NCBI GenBank assembly: GCA_017857595.1
Contig: JAFMCU010000003.1
Location: forward strand, 7,403-71,402
Direction of reading: 5' to 3'
DNA from: Thermoprotei archaeon
Lineage (GTDB): Archaea > Thermoproteota > Thermoprotei > Gearchaeales > Gearchaeaceae
DNA: 64,000 nucleotides
In this document: in pieces, positions 46,871 to 55,586 of the stretch
How the letters are laid out: the number at the start of each line of letters is the position of its first letter
How positions within the stretch are numbered: the first letter of the stretch is position 1
Notes under the pieces: model-generated
Database searches by the model: none
What the model saw: the letters and a program-made list of their open reading frames with translations, nothing else
Told to the model about the DNA's origin: nothing
Program-made: the position numbers and the translations under genes

Positions 46871-47920
46871 TTATTGATTCCCTCCGCTTCCTCCTTGATT
46901 ACTGTTGCCTCCTCCGCCTAACCTGTCTTTTAGTTTCTCTCTGACTTCGTCTGCAAGTTTCTTATTCTCACTTATTACACTATCCCATTTACCTTTATCA
47001 TTTCCAAGTATTTGTAATATAACATTCTCTAGTAACTTTTGCATTTCTTTTATATCTCTTGTAACTAAAGCATCTACTTCCCAACTTTCATCACCAAATT
47101 CTTTATTATACCACTTGAATCTAGGGTCTGTTTCTTTTGCTGGATTTGGAGGAAGATTGTAATCAAGAATTTGCTTCGCTGTTAATGCAACTCTAACTTC
47201 ATCTAAATCAAAGTGATGGAATATCTTAAGTAAGGCCATATAGAATCTATTAATATCCAATCCACTTGGATCATGGTCACTTATTATTAAAGCCCAAACT
47301 TTATGACCTTTATCTAATTTTTCTTTTATTTTTGGGGCTAATCTTGATATTCTGGTCCAGACTGCACCATAACCTTTGAACGAAACCAATGGAACATAAT
47401 ATTTTTCGCATACAGAATTAATTTGTCCAAAAAGTTCTCTTTTCTCTGTAAAGACATAAACACTCTTGCCTATTTCTTCCCAAGGGTCTTTACCCATTGC
47501 CGGTATTGATTCCATTGCTTTCTTTATAGCTTCATCTATATTTGAAACTCCCCATAACACAGGTTCAAAGTATAAAGATTCTGTCTCTGTAATCATGTTC
47601 CAATCAACTATACCTAATATTCTTGCTTTAAGCATGAAATCAACTAGCTTATTATAATGCTTAAGATCGTTTCTATAATCAGGTAATTCTAAGCCTACTA
47701 GATAGTAATGAACCTGTCTTATTGTTACTGGATTGTTTAACTCAGCAAAAGCCTTTTTTACAAAATCAACTGCTCTCTGTTGCCAATCCGTTTTTACAAT
47801 TCTTGCTTTCTTATCTTTAGGAACTGTTCTTGTTACATCCTTTTGCCTTCTGCCATACATCTTTTGAAGCCATTTGAGCGTATAATCAGAATCTTTGTGC
47901 TTTATAAGTTTCTCACTCAT
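46871..47920 (-). CDS. Standalone DNA topoisomerase VI subunit A / Spo11-like protein (Mini-A-like)
   Basis: 5Y-CAP-like TIRQVHYYLVG with tandem Tyr. TOPRIM-like VYVFTEKRELF...KGYGAVWTR...LIISDHDPSGLDI, paralleling Top6A VEKxaxF...KGyPDvaTR...DxDPyGxxI. Gly/Asn/Gln-rich C-terminal tail. No Top6B nearby. Confidence 0.6.
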   Translation of the reverse strand: MSEKLIKHKDSDYTLKWLQKMYGRRQKDVTRTVPKDKKARIVKTDWQQRAVDFVKKAFAELNNPVTIRQVHYYLVGLELPDYRNDLKHYNKLVDFMLKARILGIVDWNMITETESLYFEPVLWGVSNIDEAIKKAMESIPAMGKDPWEEIGKSVYVFTEKRELFGQINSVCEKYYVPLVSFKGYGAVWTRISRLAPKIKEKLDKGHKVWALIISDHDPSGLDINRFYMALLKIFHHFDLDEVRVALTAKQILDYNLPPNPAKETDPRFKWYNKEFGDESWEVDALVTRDIKEMQKLLENVILQILGNDKGKWDSVISENKKLADEVREKLKDRLGGGGNSNQGGSGGNQ

Positions 47921-48074
47921 AAACGCTATATTTTATTTTAAATATCAATTCAATATATATACTTTTAATGATGATTGATTATATAAAGAAGATGATTTTT
48001 GCATATCAATCTCAATTTTTTTAAAAACGCTTGAATTTATTTCATAATAACAAAAATATCTAAATTAATTATAA

Positions 48075-49502
48075 TTATATAAACAAAGGCTTTTCATAGC
48101 TTTTTTGCTTAAATATTGTACAATATCTAGCTCTTTGCTCTAATTCAGGGCATCTTCTTAATTTAAAGCAATTTGCATGTGTTATATAAGTCAACTCCTT
48201 TAAATCTTCTTTAATAAACACTTCATTTATTTTGTTATTTATCATGCTTGCTATGATTTGAGTTTCAGCTTGTGCTAACTCACAGCATCTATTTCCTATG
48301 AAGCCTCTAAAATTGAAAATATTATAGCCATCTAGTCTTAACGTTGAAATCATAGCTAAGTTAGATGGTAAAACTATTATAGCATCGTTTTCATCTTCAT
48401 TTTTTAATTCTTCATAAAGATTAATTGAATCATTTAAAAATTCCACATACTTTTTTTGTTTATCACTGTTTAATGTTCTGATCGAATTTGGAACTATCAT
48501 CTCCATCCTCTCTGCTGCTTCATATAAACTTATTGATTGTTGTTGAATAGTTCTATGTCTTATTATTTGGTGTCTACTTACAAGACTATCTTTAACGCCA
48601 AAAAGGAAAAATAAATCATTGAAATCTCTAAAGTTGCCTTCTTTTACTCCTTCAACTATAATATTCTTTATTTCATCTTTTGTGAATTTCTTGATTGGTT
48701 CTACATTATATGATATCAAATTAACTTCATTTTTTCCATTCTTAGAAAATACGTTCTCTATTTTTTTCGCAAAATTTGAAGATGCAAATGGAAAAGGGTT
48801 AGGATAAAATTTGCCTATCTTTATTTGACTACTTACAACATTCACTAAATTTCTATATTCTATGCTAAGGGAATCACTTAAATTGTTAATTAAATCAGTC
48901 CATATTGAAGGAATTTTTAAGCTATGTTCTTTATAATATCTGATGGTTGATAACATGTGGACTATATGACTTAAGTTTATGCTACAACTGATAAATGTAC
49001 CTATGCACAACGGTAAATGATATCTTGCATCTTCTTCAGGTTTTCTTGTTTCTAAAACTTGAATTTCGGACATCAATTCGTTATAAAAAGAATAAGCTCT
49101 CTCTACATAACTTATAATTTTATTCTCTTTATTTTTTAGTGTGTTAGGAATGAAGATAAAAATGTTCTTTTCTTCTTTCTCTTTAATTAATGGCATCGTA
49201 TATCTTAATGACTGTTGTAGAAAATTGCTTCCTATTGAATATGATACTAGCGCTAATGTTGCAAGTCTGGGTAAAATTAAAGAAGCATGTATATTTGGCA
49301 TTTCCAAAATAGATGAATAGCCATCTTTAATTGCTGCTATTATATCTGAACTTCTTTTTTCAACTTCCTCCTCATTCAATTCATAATCGATATAATGTGG
49401 AGTTTTTTTACTCCATGTAGAAATTGTTTCGGAAATTAATCGCTTAAAGGATATATTGCATTGAATATCGATAATACTTGCAGATCTTAAAATCTTTATC
49501 AT
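48075..49502 (-). CDS. thyX: Tandem-duplicated flavin-dependent thymidylate synthase (ThyX)-like protein
   Basis: First half: ...LE(M)-18 aa-SYS-IGSNFLQQSLRY... keeps SxRY but has SYS in place of RHR; ARYHLPLCIGTF matches ThyX ARivLPLnlyTrF. Second half: IIRHRTIQQQSISLY keeps RHR but loses the Arg of SxRY; IVLPSNLAMISTL...NIFNFRG. 475 aa, about twice a normal ThyX. Confidence 0.55.
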   Translation of the reverse strand: MIKILRSASIIDIQCNISFKRLISETISTWSKKTPHYIDYELNEEEVEKRSSDIIAAIKDGYSSILEMPNIHASLILPRLATLALVSYSIGSNFLQQSLRYTMPLIKEKEEKNIFIFIPNTLKNKENKIISYVERAYSFYNELMSEIQVLETRKPEEDARYHLPLCIGTFISCSINLSHIVHMLSTIRYYKEHSLKIPSIWTDLINNLSDSLSIEYRNLVNVVSSQIKIGKFYPNPFPFASSNFAKKIENVFSKNGKNEVNLISYNVEPIKKFTKDEIKNIIVEGVKEGNFRDFNDLFFLFGVKDSLVSRHQIIRHRTIQQQSISLYEAAERMEMIVPNSIRTLNSDKQKKYVEFLNDSINLYEELKNEDENDAIIVLPSNLAMISTLRLDGYNIFNFRGFIGNRCCELAQAETQIIASMINNKINEVFIKEDLKELTYITHANCFKLRRCPELEQRARYCTIFKQKSYEKPLFI

Positions 49503-49533
49503 TAAATATCTATGAAGAAATTTTTATAATAAC

Positions 49534-49860
49534 TTATTTAAAAAGCTCTTTGACAAATTTAATTAGTTCAGAATTATTCGTTATTTTTACCGAATATTTT
49601 AACTCCAGTTCGTTTATAATTCTATTCAGAATTATTTGAGAGAGATCATTAAAAATTTCAATTAAAAATTCTATAAAATCATCTATTCTATCGACAATCT
49701 CATCTTTATCCAAGTTCTTTCTTATTTTCAAATGAAAATATAAAGTTTCTGTTTCATCTTTTCCAAAAAGCATCTTAAGAACGTTGTCAATAATTTTGAT
49801 TAGTTCTTTCTTTTTTTCATTTTTTGAATCTTTTTTGCTGTAATTATTTCCTTTATGCAT
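49534..49860 (-). CDS. Hypothetical small helical protein
   Basis: 108-aa ORF, K/E-rich; no motif recognised. Confidence 0.2.
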   Translation of the reverse strand: MHKGNNYSKKDSKNEKKKELIKIIDNVLKMLFGKDETETLYFHLKIRKNLDKDEIVDRIDDFIEFLIEIFNDLSQIILNRIINELELKYSVKITNNSELIKFVKELFK

Positions 49861-49967
49861 TTAGTTAAATTAATTATATTGTATATATTAATCTTACTTT
49901 AATTAAGGTAAAATTGTTATTTAGTAATTTAAAATTTTTTAAAATAAATTTCAAAAATTAAATAAAT

Positions 49968-50336
49968 TTACAAATTGTTGGAAAGTATTCTATTTTTTGC
50001 GGATTCTTCACTAATAAATTCAATAAGTTTACTATTAACTTTATTATTCAATTCCGCGATTTGCTTCTCATCTTTATTAATGATTAGATAGATTTTTGAT
50101 CCAATGTCTAGAGCTGTAATTGTACTTCTTAAAGCCTCTTTTTCTAAATTTTTTTCATCCACAACGTTAAAATATATTCTTTTATCATTATGTGAAAGTA
50201 GAATATCTATCTTATGAGCTATATTACTTTTACCAACTACCTTTACATCTTCAATCAAATTAAATTTTGTACTGCTTTTCTTATTCAACTCACTTAATAA
50301 TTCTTTAAATGCTAAATTTTTGTTCTCTAACGCCAT
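49968..50336 (-). CDS. Small PD-(D/E)xK protein, Holliday-junction-resolvase (Hjc/Hje)-like
   Basis: LAFKELLSELNKK...VGKSNIAHKIDILLSHNDKRIYFNVVDEK parallels Sulfolobus Hjc ...SAVERNIVSRLRDKG...SGSKRKDPIPDIIALKNGVIILIEMKS (E...D...(D/E)xK spacing); 122 aa. Confidence 0.35.
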   Translation of the reverse strand: MALENKNLAFKELLSELNKKSSTKFNLIEDVKVVGKSNIAHKIDILLSHNDKRIYFNVVDEKNLEKEALRSTITALDIGSKIYLIINKDEKQIAELNNKVNSKLIEFISEESAKNRILSNNL

Positions 50337-50385
50337 AATTTATGCGAAGTTTTGAATATATTTAATATATAAGCTTTATCCTATT

Positions 50386-50394
50386 CCCCCCCCC
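50386..50394. repeat. C9 homopolymer tract in an AT-rich divergent intergenic region
   Basis: ctattCCCCCCCCCagttat; longest G/C homopolymer in the window; 50-58 nt upstream of the Hjc-like gene start. Confidence 0.5.
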
Positions 50395-50503
50395 AGTTAT
50401 ATGGAATTTTTTTATTTTTTTAAAAAAGTAAAGAAAATTTTTGAAAAATATTAAAAAATTAGAAATCAAAAAAATTTTCCAAACTCGATAATGGCTAACA
50501 TTT

Positions 50504-51220
50504 ATGTATCTTTTAATTAATAATCTTTTTATGGTAAGGTTTCGAAGTTATATTTCAATACTGAGATTTTATTTTCCGAGCGATGTTAGAATAGGATCCA
50601 GAAAATCCCATGTTGAACTTAGACATATACTAATTTCATGGTTAGTACTCAGCTTTTTATTTTCATATCGATTTTTAGTTCTTGAAGGTTTAAGAATATT
50701 TCCAATTTATTTCTTTGTTAGCTTGGTTACAGTCGGTTTAGGCTTTATATTACACGAGCTTTCACATAAATATATAGCTAGGCATTACGGTCATTGGGCA
50801 GAGTTTAGAATGTCGATTCAAGGATTACTTTTTGCAATTCTATTTACAATAGTATCATTTGGGTTATTTATATTCGCAGCTCCAGGAGCAACTGTTATAG
50901 TGCCTGCAGGAGGTATATTTGGTTATGGAATATCTAAAAGAGAGAATGGAATTATTTCTGCAGCAGGTCCTTTAGTTAATCTTATTTTGTCTGCTATTTT
51001 TTATGTGCTCTATATTTTAGGGAATCTTTATAATATCATAATACTTTTCCTAGTAGGTTATTATGGTTCTTTTATAAATGCTTGGCTTGCAGCCTTCAAT
51101 TTAATCCCTATTGGTATCCTAGACGGAAGGAAAATATTTTCTTGGAATATTTTAGTTTGGGTCTTATTAGCAATACCTTCTTGGCTAATATCTGCACTTT
51201 TTATTTTAGGAATTATTTAA
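50504..51220 (+). CDS. Site-2 protease-family (M50) intramembrane zinc metalloprotease
   Basis: HELSHKYIARHYG (HExxH in a TM helix); multi-TM; 238 aa. Confidence 0.65.
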   Translation: MYLLINNLFMVRFRSYISILRFYFPSDVRIGSRKSHVELRHILISWLVLSFLFSYRFLVLEGLRIFPIYFFVSLVTVGLGFILHELSHKYIARHYGHWAEFRMSIQGLLFAILFTIVSFGLFIFAAPGATVIVPAGGIFGYGISKRENGIISAAGPLVNLILSAIFYVLYILGNLYNIIILFLVGYYGSFINAWLAAFNLIPIGILDGRKIFSWNILVWVLLAIPSWLISALFILGII

Positions 51221-51222
51221 GT

Positions 51223-51834
51223 TTAAAAATTTTTATAATACCAATTTTTTATGATTTTTATATCATCAAAAGTTAAATTATGTCCATAAGGTATCCATTC
51301 AATCTCAACAATAGCTTTATATTCTATTAAAATATTGAACAATCTTTTAGGATACTCTTTGTTCACAAGTTCATCAAACATTCCTGCTAAAATTAAAATC
51401 TTCTTATCCTTTAAGTTAATATTTTCTTTAGGTTCAAATGGGATCATTGGTCTAATTAAGATAGCAGCATTAAATGCGTTAGGAAATGTGAATAATAAGC
51501 TTATGGCCATATTTGCTCCATTTGAATATCCTAGCGTAATCATCTTATGGTCTTCTAATTCATATTTAACTTTCGCTCTTATTATGAAATCGTATAGTTC
51601 TTTTGTTCTAAATTTTAAATCTTCCAAATCAAATACACCTGGGGCTATTCTTTTAAAATATCGAGGCATTCCATTTTCAATAACTTTTCCACGAGGACTT
51701 AGAATAGCAACGCTATTATCTATCTCTTCAGCAATTGGTATAAGGTCTTTTTCATCACCTCCTGTACCATGTAACAATAAGAAACAAATTTTTTTTGGCG
51801 AAGAAGATCTTTTAAATATATGAATGAAATCCAT
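51223..51834 (-). CDS. Alpha/beta-hydrolase (phospholipase/carboxylesterase family)
   Basis: FLLLHGTGGDEKDL, GYSNGANMA (GxSxG nucleophile elbow); 203 aa. Confidence 0.6.
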   Translation of the reverse strand: MDFIHIFKRSSSPKKICFLLLHGTGGDEKDLIPIAEEIDNSVAILSPRGKVIENGMPRYFKRIAPGVFDLEDLKFRTKELYDFIIRAKVKYELEDHKMITLGYSNGANMAISLLFTFPNAFNAAILIRPMIPFEPKENINLKDKKILILAGMFDELVNKEYPKRLFNILIEYKAIVEIEWIPYGHNLTFDDIKIIKNWYYKNF

Positions 51835-51838
51835 TTTC

Positions 51839-52945
51839 TTATACCCAAAGGTCTAATTTTTCAATTCTTGTTGAAACGTTTTTCATGAATTCAAAATCTA
51901 CATTAACGCCAATTCCAGGAGAATCGTAAGGAATTATTGTACCATTGTTCATTTTGAAAAGATTTAAAACAATATCTTTATTAAAATATCTTTCATTTGG
52001 TGAAGTATCACCAGGCATATTTATTGAATTTAAGCTTGCTAACGCTATGTTGAAAGCTCTGCCAATTCCAGTTTCAAGCATGCCTCCTATCCATACACCT
52101 TTTTTAAATTCTTTAGCTAATTCAATAACTTTTAAAGAATTATATACCCCTCCCAATCTACCTGGCTTTATATTGATTATATCTGCGGCCCCGATCTCGA
52201 ATGCTTTCAATGCTTTTTCATATGATGTAATTGGTTCATCTAAGCATATAGGTGTTGATATTTCTTTTCTAAGCTTAGCATGATGTATAATATCGTCATG
52301 CTGCAAAGGTTGTTCAATATATAGTAAATTATATTTATCTAGAGCCTTTAAAATTTCAATATCTTTTATAGTATAACAGCCATTTGCATCTGCAGATAAT
52401 GGTATGTCAGGAAAGTATTCTCTTATTTCACTCAATATCTTAATTTCTTTTCCTTTGTCAATCTTAACCTTTATCCTTCTGTAACCTGATTTTATAGATT
52501 CGTGTATAAAATTTATCATTTTCTTTACATCATCAATGCCGATTGATATTCCTATTAGAGCATAGCCTTTTGATTCTCCAATGTATTTGTATAATGGAAT
52601 TTTTTTAACCTTTGAGTAGTAATCCCAAAGAAGCATTTCAATTGCCGCTTTAGCCATATTATGACCTTTTATCTTCTCACTTCTTTCTAGAAATTTTGAA
52701 GGTTCAGGCACATCTTTAATGTAATTTATTAAATATGTTTTTATTATATGCAAAGCAGTTTCATTATCTTCATAACTATAATAAGGGCCTTCATCTGTCA
52801 CGCATTCTGAATAAGCGTCTATACCATTATACATTAAATGTAAAATTATAGCATTCCTATAATGTTGAGTTCCAAAGCTTGTTGTAAATGGTATCTTTAA
52901 GGGGAGTCTTATTTTATAAATCGTAAGAGACTTATTTGAAAACAT
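51839..52945 (-). CDS. Enolase-superfamily enzyme (mandelate racemase / muconate lactonizing enzyme family)
   Basis: KVKIDKG (KxK), metal ligands in ADANGC...YIEQP...LDEP; C-terminal GGMLETGIG; 368 aa. Confidence 0.7.
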   Translation of the reverse strand: MFSNKSLTIYKIRLPLKIPFTTSFGTQHYRNAIILHLMYNGIDAYSECVTDEGPYYSYEDNETALHIIKTYLINYIKDVPEPSKFLERSEKIKGHNMAKAAIEMLLWDYYSKVKKIPLYKYIGESKGYALIGISIGIDDVKKMINFIHESIKSGYRRIKVKIDKGKEIKILSEIREYFPDIPLSADANGCYTIKDIEILKALDKYNLLYIEQPLQHDDIIHHAKLRKEISTPICLDEPITSYEKALKAFEIGAADIINIKPGRLGGVYNSLKVIELAKEFKKGVWIGGMLETGIGRAFNIALASLNSINMPGDTSPNERYFNKDIVLNLFKMNNGTIIPYDSPGIGVNVDFEFMKNVSTRIEKLDLWV

Positions 52946-52993
52946 TCATATTTAAAATACACATTATATTAATTAAAGTTAGATAAAAAGCAA

Positions 52994-54361
52994 ATGGTTG
53001 TAGAATTGAGATATCAAGGAGGAACATTGGTAATTAATGGTTTTGAAACTCATTATTTACCTTCATTAAATTTTATCAAATATGATCCTAGGATTAATGC
53101 ATACAGATGCGTGGCATATAAATATGCTGATTTAATTAGCTTTTTAAAAGACAAAGAAATACCTTTTATTGATAACGCATTAAAGCCTCTACAAGGTAAA
53201 ATCGATATCAAAAGAGAGATAATATTAAGGAATTATCAAAAGGAAGCAATAGATTCATGGAAATTAAACAATTATAGAGGAATCATAGTTTTCCCTACAG
53301 GTTCTGGTAAGACATATCTTGCTATTCAGGCGATGCAAATGTTAAACAAGTCAACTTTGATAACTGTTCCTACAATTGAGCTTTTAAACCAATGGTATAG
53401 TATTATAAACAAAACATTTTTAACAGAAGTTGGTAGACTAGGAGGAGGTTTTAAAGAAATTAAATTTATAACAGTATCAACTTACGATTCTGCATATCTT
53501 CAAGCTGAAAATCTCGGAAATAAATTTGAGTTTGTTATATTCGATGAAGTGCATCATTTAGCCAGTGAAAGTTATAGGCAAATCGCTCAAATGTTAATAG
53601 CTCCATTTAGAATGGGTCTTACAGCTACACCAGAAAGAGTTGATATGCAACATATTATATTTCCTGAGATAGTGGGGGATATTGTTTATAAAAGACGTGT
53701 AGCTGACCTCGCAGGCAAATATCTAGCAAAATTCGAAGTGATTAGGCATTATGTTAACTTAACTGAAGAAGAAAAGTTAGCTTATGAAAAGTTTAGAACA
53801 AAATTCAAGAAATTCTTTGAGGAAAATAACATCCAAATTAGAAGCTTAGAAGAATTTTATTATTTAATAATGAAAAGTGGGATGGACAGGAAGGCTAGAG
53901 AAGCTTTACTCGCTTGGAATGAGGCAAGAAAAATTGCTTTGAATGCTTCTGAAAAATTAAAAATGCTCGAAAATTTACTTAAGAAGCATAAAGGTGATCG
54001 TATTTTAATATTTACAGAGCACAATATGCTTGCTAAGGAAATATCAAAAAGATATTTGATTCCCGAAATTACATATAAAACAAATGATAAGGAAAGAGAA
54101 CAAGTTATGGAGAAATTTAGGCAAGGGATATATAATGTAATTGTTACGAGTAAGGTTTTGGAAGAAGGTATCGATGTGCCTGAAGCAAATGTTGCAATAA
54201 TTTTAAGCGGGAGTGGAAGCAAAAGGGAATTTATTCAAAGATTGGGTAGAATATTAAGGCCTAAAGAGGGTAAAATCGCTAAGTTATACGAAATAGTGAC
54301 GAGAGGTACAACAGAAGTTAATCTATCATACAGAAGGCAAGCTAAAGAGGAATTGTTTTAG
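52994..54361 (+). CDS. xpb: XPB (ERCC3/Rad25-like) SF2 DNA helicase
   Basis: VFPTGSGKTYLA (Walker A), FDEVHHL (DEVH), TATPER, and an RED-like/thumb region; 455 aa like archaeal XPBs; followed by bax1. Confidence 0.8.
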   Translation: MVVELRYQGGTLVINGFETHYLPSLNFIKYDPRINAYRCVAYKYADLISFLKDKEIPFIDNALKPLQGKIDIKREIILRNYQKEAIDSWKLNNYRGIIVFPTGSGKTYLAIQAMQMLNKSTLITVPTIELLNQWYSIINKTFLTEVGRLGGGFKEIKFITVSTYDSAYLQAENLGNKFEFVIFDEVHHLASESYRQIAQMLIAPFRMGLTATPERVDMQHIIFPEIVGDIVYKRRVADLAGKYLAKFEVIRHYVNLTEEEKLAYEKFRTKFKKFFEENNIQIRSLEEFYYLIMKSGMDRKAREALLAWNEARKIALNASEKLKMLENLLKKHKGDRILIFTEHNMLAKEISKRYLIPEITYKTNDKEREQVMEKFRQGIYNVIVTSKVLEEGIDVPEANVAIILSGSGSKREFIQRLGRILRPKEGKIAKLYEIVTRGTTEVNLSYRRQAKEELF

Positions 54362-54362
54362 A

Positions 54363-55586
54363 GTGCTACCAAGTGAGTTAGCAAGATATAAAATAATTAA
54401 GAATCAATATATTGTTCCTTTGTTTGCTGAAGTTAATGAAGAAAATTTGTTCATAGCTGATTCTTTAATAAAATGTTATGAAGAAAATGTAAATAAAAAA
54501 ATTTTAGATTTAAACAACTCAATTCGAGAACTTGAATTCATGGCTAATGCATTTGGATACGATTTTAAGCTTGTAAGAGGATTGAAATCATTATTAGATA
54601 GAAGAATAAGGCTAAATGATAACGTTGATGAAAATCTAATATTTGAAATCCGGTCTCAAATATTTGAGTTAAGTAATAAAATGTATAAGGGATCAGTTTT
54701 AAATGAAAACGAGAGAGATAAAATATTTTCCATTATTGCTGAAAAATATAAAATTAGCAAAGAAAAAGTTGAAGAATTGTTCCTTTCAGTATATGAGGAT
54801 GAAATGTTCATTAAAGGCTTTGAGAGTATTTCTCCTGAAGAATTGATTAAGCAATACAATCTTTCATTGCTTCAAACAATTCTCTTTAAGTGTAAACAAT
54901 TGCAAATAACGGTCGATTTAACCGGTCATGATATGCGTTTATTGCTTTGGAGTATAAAAAAGTTAGGATTGTTATATCATGCTGAAAATAATTTTAACAA
55001 AATAAACTTGATCATCGACGGTCCTTTGTCTATTTTAAAGCAAACAGAGAGATATGGAACAAGAATTGCAAAGCTCATTCCATTAATATTAAGTTTTAAA
55101 GATTGGAGCATAAAGGCAATTATTGTAAAGAAATTTAGAAAAATTAAAAATTTTGAAAAAAATTATACTTTATTGATTAGCAAAAATCTTGCTTCTTATT
55201 TTCCAAAATATGAACATAAAGAAATAACATATGATAGCGAAGTGGAAGCAGATTTAGCAAAAAAGCTAGTAACTGTTGGGGGTGAATGGCAAGTAATAAG
55301 AGAGCCAGAACCGATAATTTCTGGCTCAACAATATTCATACCAGATTTTGCATTAATAAAAGGAGATAAGAAGGTTTATTTAGAAATCGTAGGATTTTGG
55401 ACGCCTGATTATTTAAAAAGGAAATTAGAAAAAATAAAATCATTAAAAGGAATAAATTTGATATTGGCGATAGATGAATCTTTACATGAATTTAAAATAG
55501 ATGATGTTGGAAATTTTAATATTATCAAATATAACAAAAAGGTTTCTTCTATTGATATTATAAAAATATTGAAAAAATTTGAATAA
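54363..55586 (+). CDS. bax1: Bax1 (XPB-associated nuclease, DUF790)
   Basis: Immediately downstream of xpb with a 1-nt gap. C-terminal nuclease-like IFIPDFALIKGDKKVYLEIVGFWTPDYLKRK (PD...E.K-type core); 407 aa. Confidence 0.6.
   Translation: MLPSELARYKIIKNQYIVPLFAEVNEENLFIADSLIKCYEENVNKKILDLNNSIRELEFMANAFGYDFKLVRGLKSLLDRRIRLNDNVDENLIFEIRSQIFELSNKMYKGSVLNENERDKIFSIIAEKYKISKEKVEELFLSVYEDEMFIKGFESISPEELIKQYNLSLLQTILFKCKQLQITVDLTGHDMRLLLWSIKKLGLLYHAENNFNKINLIIDGPLSILKQTERYGTRIAKLIPLILSFKDWSIKAIIVKKFRKIKNFEKNYTLLISKNLASYFPKYEHKEITYDSEVEADLAKKLVTVGGEWQVIREPEPIISGSTIFIPDFALIKGDKKVYLEIVGFWTPDYLKRKLEKIKSLKGINLILAIDESLHEFKIDDVGNFNIIKYNKKVSSIDIIKILKKFE

Noticed and set aside
47921-48074. Possible C/D-box sRNA in the 154-nt spacer (ATGATGA … GATGA)
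   Set aside because: Box C-like and C'-like elements are present, but there are no matching D/D' (CTGA) boxes with correct spacing on either strand. The motifs are more likely chance in AT-rich DNA or part of the Mini-A promoter.
51082-52283. ORFs 51082..51276, 51335..51823 and 51945..52283 (plus strand), and 53860..54222, 54656..54859, 56916..57326, 57351..57563, 58500..58808, 59403..59657, 60765..60959, 63459..63830
   Set aside because: Each lies antisense to, or out of frame with, a motif-supported gene (esterase, MR/MLE enzyme, XPB, Bax1, EtfB, Clp1, TatD, thioesterase, GlnA, Mrp).
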